A stretch of 64,000 nucleotides of DNA from positions 832,001 through 896,000 of the forward strand of contig CAWFFN010000009.1 of NCBI GenBank assembly GCA_963815115.1, read 5' to 3'. The DNA is from an uncultured delta proteobacterium. GTDB lineage: Bacteria > Desulfobacterota > Binatia > DP-6. Shown one piece after another: positions 28,815 through 38,385 of this stretch. The notes under the pieces were generated by a model, which searched no databases, had not been told where the DNA came from, and worked only from the letters and a program-made list of their open reading frames with translations. The first letter of the stretch is position 1. Each line of letters starts with the position of its first letter. Made by a program: the position numbers and the translations under genes.

Positions 28815-29945
28815 ATGACGGCGATGGCGACACTGGCCGACGACCAGACCGTGATCCAGCGGATACTCGATCACATCGACAACAGGACCACCGATATCGG
28901 CGAGGCGAGCTGGCGCGAGCCCGTCGCGAACTATCTGTCGGAGTCACGGTTCGCGGCCGAGCTCCAGGTCCTGCGCCGCTTTCCGGTCCCGTTCTGTCCC
29001 TCCGCGGCCCTGCCGCAGAATGGATCGTATCTGGCGAGGAACGCGGCGCTCACGCCCATTCTCGCCGTGCGCGGCGCCGACGGCCGGGTGCGTGCCTTCC
29101 GCAACGCCTGCCGTCACCGCGGCACGCAGGTCGCGGCGGGTGCGGGGTGCGAGAAGGCGTTCGTGTGCCGGTACCACGGCTGGACCTACGGCCTCGACGG
29201 TGCGCTCCGCCACGTCCCGCACGAGCACGGCTTCCTCGGGCTCGACAAGAGCGAGCGCGGCCTGGTGGCGGTAGAATGCGTCGAGCGGCAGGGGCTGGTG
29301 TTCGTCGCGCAGGACGCGACACGGGCCACCGAGGAAGCGATCGACGGCCTGCCACCGCTGCTCGCATCGAGCTGGTCTTCGTTCGGCTCGAGCGAACGCG
29401 AGGTGCCTGCCAACTGGAAGGTCCTCGCCGAGGGTTTCCTCGAGGGCTACCACATCCGCTCGACGCACACGGAGACGTTCTACCCCGTCCAGTTCGACAA
29501 CCTGAACGTCGTGGAGACGTTCGGCAGGAACAGCCGCGTCGCCTATCCGTACCGTGCGATCAACAAGCTGCGCACCGTGCCTCCCGCGGAGTGGTCGATC
29601 GACGGCAAGCTGACCTACGTCTACCACCTCTTTCCGAACATCATGGTGGCGACCTTCCCGGCGAGCCGCTTCGTCGCCGTTCTCGAGCCCCTCGCCATCG
29701 ACCGGACCCTGCTCATCACCTACGTGCTGGCCAAATCCGGCGACGGCCTGCACGGCGCACCGGAGCCGGCGACGACCACCCGCGGTCTCGACCTGGTCGA
29801 TACTGGCGCGGCCGAGGACAGGGAGGTCGCCTGCTCCATCCAGCGGAGCATCGCCAGCGGCGCCAACGAGTTCTTCGAGTTCGGCCGCTTCGAGGCCGCG
29901 ATCGGCCACTTCCACCGCGCCCTCGACGCCGCGCTCGACGGATGA
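28815..29945 (+). CDS. Rieske non-heme iron oxygenase alpha subunit
   Basis: NACRHRG...CRYHGW Rieske motif; NWK...EGYHIRSTH and ED mononuclear iron ligands. Confidence 0.92.
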   Translation: MTAMATLADDQTVIQRILDHIDNRTTDIGEASWREPVANYLSESRFAAELQVLRRFPVPFCPSAALPQNGSYLARNAALTPILAVRGADGRVRAFRNACRHRGTQVAAGAGCEKAFVCRYHGWTYGLDGALRHVPHEHGFLGLDKSERGLVAVECVERQGLVFVAQDATRATEEAIDGLPPLLASSWSSFGSSEREVPANWKVLAEGFLEGYHIRSTHTETFYPVQFDNLNVVETFGRNSRVAYPYRAINKLRTVPPAEWSIDGKLTYVYHLFPNIMVATFPASRFVAVLEPLAIDRTLLITYVLAKSGDGLHGAPEPATTTRGLDLVDTGAAEDREVACSIQRSIASGANEFFEFGRFEAAIGHFHRALDAALDG

Positions 29946-30580
29946 GCGCTCGGGCCGAGAAGGTCGGGCTCGCCGCCACGGCGGGTGCCGACGTGCAGGG
30001 AGCTGGTACGCGTGCGCGGCTGCTCCACGCGGCCGCGGAGGTGATCCGGGAAGGCGGATGGGGCTCGGCGTCGGTGGGCGCGATCGCCAGGCGAGCGGGT
30101 GTGGCGGCGGGAACGCTCTACCGCCACTTCCCGTCGAAGGCCGATCTGTTTCTCGAGGTGTTCCGGGCAGTCTCGGAGCGCGAGCTCGGAGCGATGCGGG
30201 CGTCGCAGGCTGCCCTGAAGGGGATCGGCGAGCGCTTCGACGCGGTCGTCGGGACGTACGCGAGCCGCGCCCTGCGCAACCCGCGTCTTGCCTGGGCGCT
30301 CGTGTACGAGCCGCTGGACGCGTCGGTCGATGTCGAGCGCCTCGCCTACCGGCGCACCTACTGCGAGGGAATGGCGGCGCTGATCCGTGAAGGCATCGAG
30401 GCCGGCACCATTCCCTCACAGGACGCGGATCTGGCCGCGGCCGCCGTCGTGGGCGTGATTGCGGAGACGCTCGTCGGTCCGCTCTCGCCGGTCACCACCG
30501 GGGGCGCCTCCGAGGAGACGATCGTGCGGGCCATCGTGACGTTCTGCCGTCGGGTCATCGGCTTGCCCGTGCAGGCCTGA
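29942..30580 (+). CDS. TetR/AcrR family regulator (AtuR-like)
   Basis: ATGA overlap; IARRAGVAAGTLYRHFPSK; LAWALVYEP.D..VD.ERL. Confidence 0.9.
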   Translation: MSARAEKVGLAATAGADVQGAGTRARLLHAAAEVIREGGWGSASVGAIARRAGVAAGTLYRHFPSKADLFLEVFRAVSERELGAMRASQAALKGIGERFDAVVGTYASRALRNPRLAWALVYEPLDASVDVERLAYRRTYCEGMAALIREGIEAGTIPSQDADLAAAAVVGVIAETLVGPLSPVTTGGASEETIVRAIVTFCRRVIGLPVQA

Positions 30581-30820
30581 CGCCGGTCCTCTTCCCGGTG
30601 ACCGCTCCCGGCGCACGGATGAAATCCCCACACGCCGCACCGATCGATGAGCGCGAGCATCGCGGGGGTGGCCCTCGGCCATCCGAGCTTCACCAGGGTC
30701 GCGCTCGAGCTCTCTCCCGAAGGTGCCGCCGCGCTCGGGATCGCGTGAGTCGGAACGACCATCGCGCACGTTGACCCCGGCGGCCGAGCCGCGCTAGGCA
30801 CGCCTCCGGGCTCGGCCGTC

Positions 30821-32608
30821 ATGAGAAGACACCTCGTCCGCCTCGCCATCGGGTCACTGGTCCTGGTTCGCACCGCCGGTGTGACGGAAGCCCAGGGGAA
30901 CCCCGCGCCGGACTCCTATCTCTGCTACGAAGCCGCGATCGCCGCGGGACAGCCGAAGCTTCCTTCCGGATCGACGGCGATGGTGACGGATGCGCTGGGG
31001 GGTCCGCGGGCGTTCGACGTCACCAAGAGTTCGACGCTCTGCAATCCCGCCGGGGTGAACGGCGGTGGAATCGCGCACGGCGCGGTTCACGAAGAGGGCT
31101 TTGCGATCAGGACGCACGGCGGGGCGCCCCGGTTCGTCAAGTCCGACCACGTGACCGTCGATCGGTTCGCTCGCCGAACGCTCACGCTCACCAAGCCCAC
31201 GTCGCTCCTCGACGTGACGCCGAGCGCCCCCGGCGCCACGCCGCCGGCGGCGTTCGGCAGCGATCCGACGAGCGATCCCGGCGTGAACCGGTTCACATGC
31301 TACAAGGCGAAGCTCGCCAGGGGCTCGTCCAGGTTCATCCCGCCTTCCCTGCCGGCCGTCGTCGACGACTTCTTCACCGGCGGCCAGCGGCTCCTGGCGA
31401 GGAAGGTGACCAAGGTCTGCAGCCCCGCCGACGTGAACGGCGAGACGCCTGGGGCCGAGGCGCGCGAGTCGTCGCTCGTCTGCTACCAGGTCACCCAGTT
31501 TCCCGGGTCGCCGCCGTCGAGCGCCCGGACCGTCTCGACCGACGGCGCCAACTTCGGCCCACACGTTCTGGGGGTCAGGAAGGTCGCCGAGCTCTGTGTT
31601 CCCGCCATCATCGATCCGCCTTCGACCGACGGTCCTCCGATCGTCGCACCCAGCAGCGTCTGGACCTGGGTCGATTTCGCCGACTCCGCCTGCGACGACG
31701 GCACGGCCACCGGCATCGGTGTGAACCTCACGGGCTCGCGAAACGTGCTCGTGTACCTGAACGGGGGCGGTGCCTGCTGGGACTACACGAGCTGCTACAT
31801 CCAGAACCTCGCGGTGCACGGGCCCTTCGGCAAGCCGCAGTTCGACGCGTTCGCGGGCGGATTCGGCAACGGCACCATCTTCGACCGCCACCTCGCCGGC
31901 AACCCGTTCGCCGACTGGAACTTCGTGTTCCTTCCCTACTGCACCGGCGACCTGCACGGCGGCGACAACGTCGCGACCTACCAGAGCGGCCCGACGGTCA
32001 GGATGTACCACCACGTGGGTCACTCGAACGTGCTCGCCTTTCTCCGTCGCCTCGGACCGACGTTCCCCACGATCGACAGGATGGTGGTCTCCGGCGCGTC
32101 AGCCGGCGGCTTCGGTGCGGTGCTGAACTTCGCCGTGTTCCGCGACCGCTGGCCTGCCGGGAAGATGTACCTGCTCGACGACTCGGGTCCGTTCCTGGAG
32201 ACGGGTGGAATCCCTCCCGCCCTGGTCACGGCTTGGTTCGCCAACTGGCACCTCGGCGACGTCACCGACCCGCTCTGCGGGGTCGCGTGCCGGACCGATC
32301 TCTCGCGCCTCATGCCCGCGCTCGTCTCCGGGTATCGCGCGGACCGGATGGCGCTGCTGTCGTCCGTGCAGGACGACGTCGTGCGGGCGTACTTCCAGCT
32401 CTCGGCGGCGGGCTTCCAGGCGGATCTCCTGCAGATGGCCGCGGATCGGCTCGACCCGACGACGACGTTTCGATACTTCTTCGTGGCGGGGGCGAGCCAC
32501 ACGATGGTGGGGGCCCCTGCGGCGTTCAGCCAGGACGGAGTGACGCTGCTGGACTGGATCGGCCAGCAGGTGAGCGACGATCCCGGCTGGGTTTCCGTCA
32601 AGCCGTGA
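30821..32608 (+). CDS. Secreted protein: N-terminal Cys-containing repeat domain plus pectin acetylesterase-family hydrolase
   Basis: Signal peptide; repeated xxCY...D.F...K..LC.P units; YLNGGGACW, PYCTGDLHGG, GASAGG, DDSGP, SHT. Confidence 0.82.
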   Translation: MRRHLVRLAIGSLVLVRTAGVTEAQGNPAPDSYLCYEAAIAAGQPKLPSGSTAMVTDALGGPRAFDVTKSSTLCNPAGVNGGGIAHGAVHEEGFAIRTHGGAPRFVKSDHVTVDRFARRTLTLTKPTSLLDVTPSAPGATPPAAFGSDPTSDPGVNRFTCYKAKLARGSSRFIPPSLPAVVDDFFTGGQRLLARKVTKVCSPADVNGETPGAEARESSLVCYQVTQFPGSPPSSARTVSTDGANFGPHVLGVRKVAELCVPAIIDPPSTDGPPIVAPSSVWTWVDFADSACDDGTATGIGVNLTGSRNVLVYLNGGGACWDYTSCYIQNLAVHGPFGKPQFDAFAGGFGNGTIFDRHLAGNPFADWNFVFLPYCTGDLHGGDNVATYQSGPTVRMYHHVGHSNVLAFLRRLGPTFPTIDRMVVSGASAGGFGAVLNFAVFRDRWPAGKMYLLDDSGPFLETGGIPPALVTAWFANWHLGDVTDPLCGVACRTDLSRLMPALVSGYRADRMALLSSVQDDVVRAYFQLSAAGFQADLLQMAADRLDPTTTFRYFFVAGASHTMVGAPAAFSQDGVTLLDWIGQQVSDDPGWVSVKP

Positions 32609-32632
32609 CCGGTCCGACCGTGGGGAGGCCAG

Positions 32633-33400
32633 ATGCACGTGCGTGATCGAGTGTGCGTCGTGACCGGCGGCGCCAGCGGAATCGGACGCGCGCTCGCTCG
32701 CCGCTTCGCGTCCGAGGGCGCGCGTGCGGTGGTCGTCGTCGATCGCGACGCGGGCGGGGTGCAGGCGGTCGCCGAGTCGGTCGGTGGAGTCGGGATGCGG
32801 GCCGACGTCGCCCGCGAGGAGGACATCCACCGCGTGATCGACGAGGTCGAAACGAGCTGCGGGCCGATCGACCTCTTCTGCTCCAACGCCGGCATCCTCG
32901 TCGCCGGCGGTCCCGAGGTGCCGAGCGCGGAGTGGCAGCGCATCTGGGAGATCAACGTGATGGCGCACGTGCTGGCCGCGCGACATCTCGTGCCGCGCAT
33001 GCTGGCGCGGGGCGGCGGCTACCTGCTGCAGACGGCGTCGGCGGCCGGGCTGCTCTCGCAGATCGGCTCCGCGCCGTACGCCGTGACCAAGCACGCCGCC
33101 GTTGCCTTCGCGGAGTGGCTCGCCATCACCTACGGCGACGGGGGCCTCAAGGTGTCGGTGCTGTGCCCGCAGGCGGTTCGCACCGCCATGACCGACGGCA
33201 TCCCGAACGGCGGCGTCGCCGGCGTGGACGGGATGCTCGAGCCGGAGCTGGTCGCCGACGCCGTGATCGAAGGCCTGGCGGCGGAGCACTTTCTCATTCT
33301 CCCGCACCCGACGGTGGCCGAGTACGTGCGGCGCAAGGCGGAGGACGTGGAGCGCTGGCTGCGAGGGATGCGGCGGCTTCAGGCGCGCTTCGGCGAGTGA
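32633..33400 (+). CDS. Short-chain dehydrogenase/reductase
   Basis: TGGASGIG, SNAG, YAVTK. Confidence 0.93.
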   Translation: MHVRDRVCVVTGGASGIGRALARRFASEGARAVVVVDRDAGGVQAVAESVGGVGMRADVAREEDIHRVIDEVETSCGPIDLFCSNAGILVAGGPEVPSAEWQRIWEINVMAHVLAARHLVPRMLARGGGYLLQTASAAGLLSQIGSAPYAVTKHAAVAFAEWLAITYGDGGLKVSVLCPQAVRTAMTDGIPNGGVAGVDGMLEPELVADAVIEGLAAEHFLILPHPTVAEYVRRKAEDVERWLRGMRRLQARFGE

Positions 33401-33401
33401 T

Positions 33402-34370
33402 TCACGCGAAGCACACCCACAGGCGCTGCCAGAGCCAGTACGATCCCGTGATGCCGACGAGGTAGCTTCCCGCGAGCGCGACCCGCGGAACGAGTGCCGT
33501 GCGGGCGAGTGCTGCGAGCCCGGCCATCACGACGACGATGAAGGCCACCTGGCCGATCTCCACCCCGAGACCGAAGCCGACCAGCGCGCTGGCCACGGCG
33601 TGATCGGGAAGGCCCACCTCGGACAGCGCACCGGCGAAGCCGAGCCCGTGCACGAGGCCGAAGACCAGGGCGATGGCCGGCCCCTGCCACGCGGCGCACC
33701 GCTCGGCGGCGGGACTCCCGATGTCGAGCGCGACCAGGATCAGGCTGAGCGCGATGCACGCTTCCGCCGCTGGCGGATAGGCGTGAACCCAGCCGAGGGC
33801 GACGGCGGAGAAGCTCAAGGTGTGCGAGCAGGTGAAGGCCGTCTCGGTGAGGAAGACGTCACGCGGACGGCGCACGTAGAGGACGAGTGCCAGCAGGAAG
33901 AGCAGGTGGTCGATCCCCGTCGCGATGTGCACGAGGCCGAGGCGGACGTATTCCATGCCGACCTGGGTCCACGATTGCGCCGTCGGGATCACCCAGCCCG
34001 CGGCCGCCGGAGTCAGCACGCGCGACAGCACGGTGCCGTCGGCGCGCAGCACGCGCACGACCGCTTCGGTGAGGACGGGCCCGAGTCCGTCGATCGCCAC
34101 GTGACGCCCGCCGAGACCGCCGTCGCAGCGCAGGCGGAAGGTGCTGACGTTCGCTTCGCTCGACTCTGGGGAGGCCTCGACCTTCGTGCACCCGTCCGGC
34201 AGCCGGGGACCGACCGCGGGCGCGGGCACCGTCGTCTTCCAGGTGGCGAGGACGGTGCCGCCTTCTCCTTCGCTCAGCTCGAGGTAGGCGGTCCGCATGC
34301 CGTGCGCGAGCAGCCCCGAGGCAGGACCGAGGGCGGCCAGCACGAGTCCGGCGGCCAGCGCGCGCCGCAT
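33402..34370 (-). CDS. HupE/UreJ family (HupE_UreJ_2) membrane protein
   Basis: Signal peptide ending AH; LGLVHIATGIDHLLF, TAFTCSHTLS, FGLVHGLGFAG, GVEIGQ. Confidence 0.88.
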   Translation of the reverse strand: MRRALAAGLVLAALGPASGLLAHGMRTAYLELSEGEGGTVLATWKTTVPAPAVGPRLPDGCTKVEASPESSEANVSTFRLRCDGGLGGRHVAIDGLGPVLTEAVVRVLRADGTVLSRVLTPAAAGWVIPTAQSWTQVGMEYVRLGLVHIATGIDHLLFLLALVLYVRRPRDVFLTETAFTCSHTLSFSAVALGWVHAYPPAAEACIALSLILVALDIGSPAAERCAAWQGPAIALVFGLVHGLGFAGALSEVGLPDHAVASALVGFGLGVEIGQVAFIVVVMAGLAALARTALVPRVALAGSYLVGITGSYWLWQRLWVCFA

Positions 34371-35338
34371 CAGTCGAGCTCCTCGCTGCGCGGAAGCGCG
34401 ACCGGGCCGTTCGCGGGTGACACGGTCAGCGGCCGGCCGTCGACCGTGATGCGATAGCGCGCGGCCGCCTGGCGAAGGAAGATCGCCGCGGCCTGCTTCT
34501 TGCGGGCGACCAGATAGGCGAGCGGCAGCCGTCCCTTGACGTCGTCGAAGCGTGCGGGCGCCTCTTCGGTGCGCCCGAGCACCTTGACTAGATGCCAGCC
34601 GTGGCGCGACCGGATCGGCTCGCTCCAGACGCCGGGATCGAGCCCGAAGACGTCGTCGGCGAAGCCGGTGCCGTACGCGGCCCCGAGATCATCGCGCGTG
34701 GTCGTCAGATCGCGCGGCAGCGGAAAGGCTTCGCCCAGCGCGGGTGGTGCGTTTGGTGACCTGGCCTCCGCGGCGACCACCTCGTCGCGCAACGCCTGCA
34801 GGCGATCACGACCCGCTGGTCCGGCATAGACGTGGATCAGGTGAACCTCGGCTGGACGCGTCCACGGGGTGCGCGCCGACTGGAAGAAGACGCGCAGCTC
34901 GTCCTCCGATGGCGCGCGCGATGCTCCGGCAAGGTCCTCGGCGAAGAACAGCACCTTCTGGATCAGGCGCTGCCGGACGACGTTGTCGTCGCGATCGAGC
35001 CCGAGGCGCAGCGCCTCGCGGTAGAGGATCTCGTCCTCGACGGCGCGCACGCGCACGTCGTGAACCTCGTCCGCATCGAGGGCCGGCTTCCCGAGGCGCT
35101 GCGCCTGCGCCTGCTCGAGGGCAGCGAGGCTGGCGCCGTCGATCGCGATGTCCCGTCGCGACGCGGGTCTGGGTGCGAGAGCGAAGATCAGCCCGCCGAC
35201 CGCCAGGAACTGCACGAGCCGGCTGCGCCCGGCGATCCCCAGCACCTGTCCGAAGAGGGAGGGGCGCGGCTCCGGCGGGACGTGCGGCGTCGCGGTCTCG
35301 GCAGGCCGCGACGCCTTGACGAGATGGATCGAGGCCAT
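34370..35338 (-). CDS. Peptidyl-prolyl isomerase-like protein (Rotamase_2/PpiC)
   Basis: EDEILYREALRLGLDRDD.VVRQRL.QK, WSEPIRSRHGWHLV; start could be 35353. Confidence 0.85.
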   Translation of the reverse strand: MASIHLVKASRPAETATPHVPPEPRPSLFGQVLGIAGRSRLVQFLAVGGLIFALAPRPASRRDIAIDGASLAALEQAQAQRLGKPALDADEVHDVRVRAVEDEILYREALRLGLDRDDNVVRQRLIQKVLFFAEDLAGASRAPSEDELRVFFQSARTPWTRPAEVHLIHVYAGPAGRDRLQALRDEVVAAEARSPNAPPALGEAFPLPRDLTTTRDDLGAAYGTGFADDVFGLDPGVWSEPIRSRHGWHLVKVLGRTEEAPARFDDVKGRLPLAYLVARKKQAAAIFLRQAAARYRITVDGRPLTVSPANGPVALPRSEELD

Positions 35339-35392
35339 CGGCGCATCCTGCACGCCGCGAGCGGAAGGGCAAGACTCGCGCCTCCCGGCGGG

Positions 35393-36403
35393 TCACCACA
35401 CCTTCATCAAGCCGCCGAGGACCTGGTAGTCGAACGGCTCGGGATCCGTCACCGGCACCTCCACACCGCCCAGACCGTACCAGTTCCAGCCCAGATGAAT
35501 CCGGAATCCCGGGGTGAACGTCAGGGTGGTGGTGCTCGGACCGCGGTGGTCGATGGCCTGGGTCAGGTTGGTCGATACGTACCACACCGTGTCGCCGATC
35601 GGGATCATGTCGTGCGGCGTGAAGTAGTAGCCCAGCGCCAGGTTGCCGAGGAACGTGCTGCGCGCGTTGAGCACGTTGACCGACTGGTTGCCGAAGGGAA
35701 TGCCGAAGCCGGCGCCGCCGCGCGCGACGAACCCGGCCCAGGGATTGACCCAGAAGTTGTAGTACGGGGTCACCGCAGCCTGGCCCTGGTTGTTGATGAC
35801 ATCGCTCGTGGGCATGCGGAAGGTGACATCGAGCGATTGTGCCGAGTCCTCCGTCTCGGAGAGTGCGAAGCGCGGCACGACCTGCAAATCCGGGCTCGAG
35901 ACGTGGTAGTCGTTACCCGGGATGCTGCCGCGGTTCGACAGGATGAGCGGGATGTCCCACCGGACCTCGAAGCGGCGGTTGAACGGCGTATAGATCGAGA
36001 GCGCGCTCGTCCAGTTGTCACCGTTGCCGGTGTCGTGGGCGTAGTTGAACGTCAGGATCCCGAGCCGGTAGAAGACGCCGTCCTGTGCGTTGAGCCAGCC
36101 CTGACGCGGCGCACCGTCCCCGTCCTGGCCGTTCGGGCCGCCGGCCCAGGGCTCGTCCCAGCCTTCCGTGAAGAACGTGCCCAACGGAAGCGGCTTCCAG
36201 CGTCCCGGCGCGTAGACGTCGCCGGAAAGCGAGTCCCAGACGACGCCGAGGAAGCTCATGTCCGATCGCGTGGTTCCCGCCGGCTGGCTGCCCGCACCGG
36301 TGGTGAGCTGCGCCCTGACCGGCGTGACTACCCCGAGGATCAAGGCGGCAACTGCGCCGGCTGCGACCCTCACCCTCGAACCTGCACCGCGTTTTGCCCT
36401 CAT
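35393..36403 (-). CDS. Putative outer-membrane beta-barrel protein
   Basis: Signal peptide (VRA-Q), alternating aromatic beta-strands, terminal W. Confidence 0.65.
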   Translation of the reverse strand: MRAKRGAGSRVRVAAGAVAALILGVVTPVRAQLTTGAGSQPAGTTRSDMSFLGVVWDSLSGDVYAPGRWKPLPLGTFFTEGWDEPWAGGPNGQDGDGAPRQGWLNAQDGVFYRLGILTFNYAHDTGNGDNWTSALSIYTPFNRRFEVRWDIPLILSNRGSIPGNDYHVSSPDLQVVPRFALSETEDSAQSLDVTFRMPTSDVINNQGQAAVTPYYNFWVNPWAGFVARGGAGFGIPFGNQSVNVLNARSTFLGNLALGYYFTPHDMIPIGDTVWYVSTNLTQAIDHRGPSTTTLTFTPGFRIHLGWNWYGLGGVEVPVTDPEPFDYQVLGGLMKVW

Positions 36404-36707
36404 CACTCCCCCCTACCGCCGCGCTGCGGGCGTCCCGCACTCTCCAGACGCCGCGCCGATACCCCCGCGCGGACAGGCTGTCAAGCACATCTCCGGATTC
36501 GCTGAGTGCCGGGATTGCAAGACAGCGCGCCACCCGTTCGGGTGATTCACCCTGCGACGGTGCCGCGCGGCACAGGTGGTGGTGCTCCGCGGAACACACG
36601 TACGCCAGGGTTGAACGGCCACGTCGAGAACGCGGCCTCGCGACGACACGATGTCGGCGCTCGAGGCGACAACCGTTCCGGAAGACTCCGGAACACTGGA
36701 GGGAGTG

Positions 36708-37271
36708 ATGAGGCATGAAAGCGGGGCCGTTACCCTGGGGCTGCTGTTGCTTGCATCGGGTGCCGTCGCAGGCGGCAACGAGGAGCACGGTGCGGTCACG
36801 GCGGCGGGCGGTGTTTTCGTTCCATACGACGGCAACGCGGGGCCGTCGGCCATGCTCGGCGCCGAAGGGCGCGTGAGCGATCACGTGAGCGTCGGGGGTG
36901 AGCTCGAGTACCGCCACTTCGACGCCGACGGAGTCGCCGGCACCACCGCCAGCGTGGACAGCCTGCATGCCCGCGCCCTCGTGCGCTACACCTGGCAGCC
37001 GGGGGTCGTACGGCCCTACCTCGGCGCCGGAGCCGGGCTCGGTGTGCACGACGTGTCCGGGAGCATTCGCGACCATGACGGCTACTTCAGCCTCAGCGGC
37101 ACGGCCGTGAGCCTCGGGGTGCTCGGACTCGCCGGGCTCGACCTTCCCCTGGGGGATCGCTTCGCGCTGTTCGCCGAGGGCCGTCTCTCGGGAGACTTCG
37201 CGACCAACCTCGTGTCCGGCGCGCAGCTCGGCGGCATCTCCGGAATGAGCGGCGCGCGCATTCGCTTCTGA
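36708..37271 (+). CDS. Outer-membrane beta-barrel (OmpA/OmpW-like)
   Basis: Signal peptide; RPYLGAGAG; ALFAEGR; C-terminal GARIRF. Confidence 0.75.
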   Translation: MRHESGAVTLGLLLLASGAVAGGNEEHGAVTAAGGVFVPYDGNAGPSAMLGAEGRVSDHVSVGGELEYRHFDADGVAGTTASVDSLHARALVRYTWQPGVVRPYLGAGAGLGVHDVSGSIRDHDGYFSLSGTAVSLGVLGLAGLDLPLGDRFALFAEGRLSGDFATNLVSGAQLGGISGMSGARIRF

Positions 37272-37286
37272 CGTCGACCGATCGCC

Positions 37287-37330
37287 GAACCGGAGGCGGC
37301 GGTGGTCATCCACCGCCGCCCCGCCGGTTC
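37287..37330. terminator. GC-rich hairpin between convergent genes
   Basis: GGCGGCGGTGG-tcat-CCACCGCCGCC perfect 11-bp stem, extended by GAACCGG/CCGGTTC; no U-tract. Confidence 0.55.
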
Positions 37331-37332
37331 CA

Positions 37333-38385
37333 TCAGCCCGGATAGAGGACGATCTCCGTCGCCTTCACGGTGGCCCAGACCTCCTCTCCGGGGGCCAGGG
37401 CGAGCGCCTCCACGGCGGCCATCGTGACCTCGGCGACGACCGGAGGAGTGGTGGCCACGCGCACCCGTGCCACCACTCCTTCGACGTCGATCTCCTCGAT
37501 CGAACCGCGCCACACGTTGCGTGGAGAGCCCTCGGGCCGCGTACGGAGCAGCGTCACGGCGCGCGGATGCACGGCCGCGAACACGTCGCCCACTACCTGG
37601 TCGGCGACGACGAGCGTGCCGCCGCCGTCGAGCGTGACCCGGCCGCCGTCGGCGCGGCCGCGGAACAGGTTGATGCCGGCGAGATCCGCCACCCACCGCG
37701 AGCGCGGACGGGCGGTCACTGCCGCCGGGGTTCCGGTCTGAACGATCCGCCCGTGCTCGAGTACGATCACCCGATCCGCCAGCGCGAACGCTTCCACCGG
37801 GTCGTGCGTGACCAGCAGGATGACGCCCTCGAACGACGTCAGGTGGCGGCGTAGATCCCGTTGCAGCTGTGCTCGCGCCTGGACGTCCACTGCCGCGAGG
37901 GGCTCGTCGAGGAGCAGGAGCCGCGGCTCGACGGCCAGCGCGCGGGCGAGCGCCACCCGCTGGGCCTGGCCGCCCGACAGTGCCGCGGGTTTCGCGTGGA
38001 TGCGATCGCCGAGATCCATGCGCTCGAGCCAGCCGGCCGCGATGCGGTGCGCCTCCGCTCGACCTCGACCCCGGCACCGCAGACCGAAGGCCACGTTCTC
38101 GAGAGCCGAGAGGTGGGGGAACAGCAGCAGGTCCTGGAAGACGACGGCAACGGGCCGCTCCTCGGTCGGGACCGCCACGCCGGCGGCGACGTCCTCGAGG
38201 ACCGCGCCATCCAGGACGATCCGCCCGTCGTCGAGCGCGACCAGTCCCGCCAGCACGTGCAGGAGGGTCGTCTTCCCGGAGGCGTTGGGGCCGAGCACGC
38301 CCACCGTCTCGCCGGCATCGACGTCGAGCTCGACGTCGAGTCGGAACGCGTCCCGGCCGACGTGCCCGTGCGCCGTGAGGCTCAT
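37333..38385 (-). CDS. modC: Molybdate ABC transporter ATPase with TOBE domain
   Basis: GPNASGKTT, LSGGQAQR, LLLDEP, VTHD, GSPRN, VKATE; ATGA overlap with modB. Confidence 0.9.
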   Translation of the reverse strand: MSLTAHGHVGRDAFRLDVELDVDAGETVGVLGPNASGKTTLLHVLAGLVALDDGRIVLDGAVLEDVAAGVAVPTEERPVAVVFQDLLLFPHLSALENVAFGLRCRGRGRAEAHRIAAGWLERMDLGDRIHAKPAALSGGQAQRVALARALAVEPRLLLLDEPLAAVDVQARAQLQRDLRRHLTSFEGVILLVTHDPVEAFALADRVIVLEHGRIVQTGTPAAVTARPRSRWVADLAGINLFRGRADGGRVTLDGGGTLVVADQVVGDVFAAVHPRAVTLLRTRPEGSPRNVWRGSIEEIDVEGVVARVRVATTPPVVAEVTMAAVEALALAPGEEVWATVKATEIVLYPG

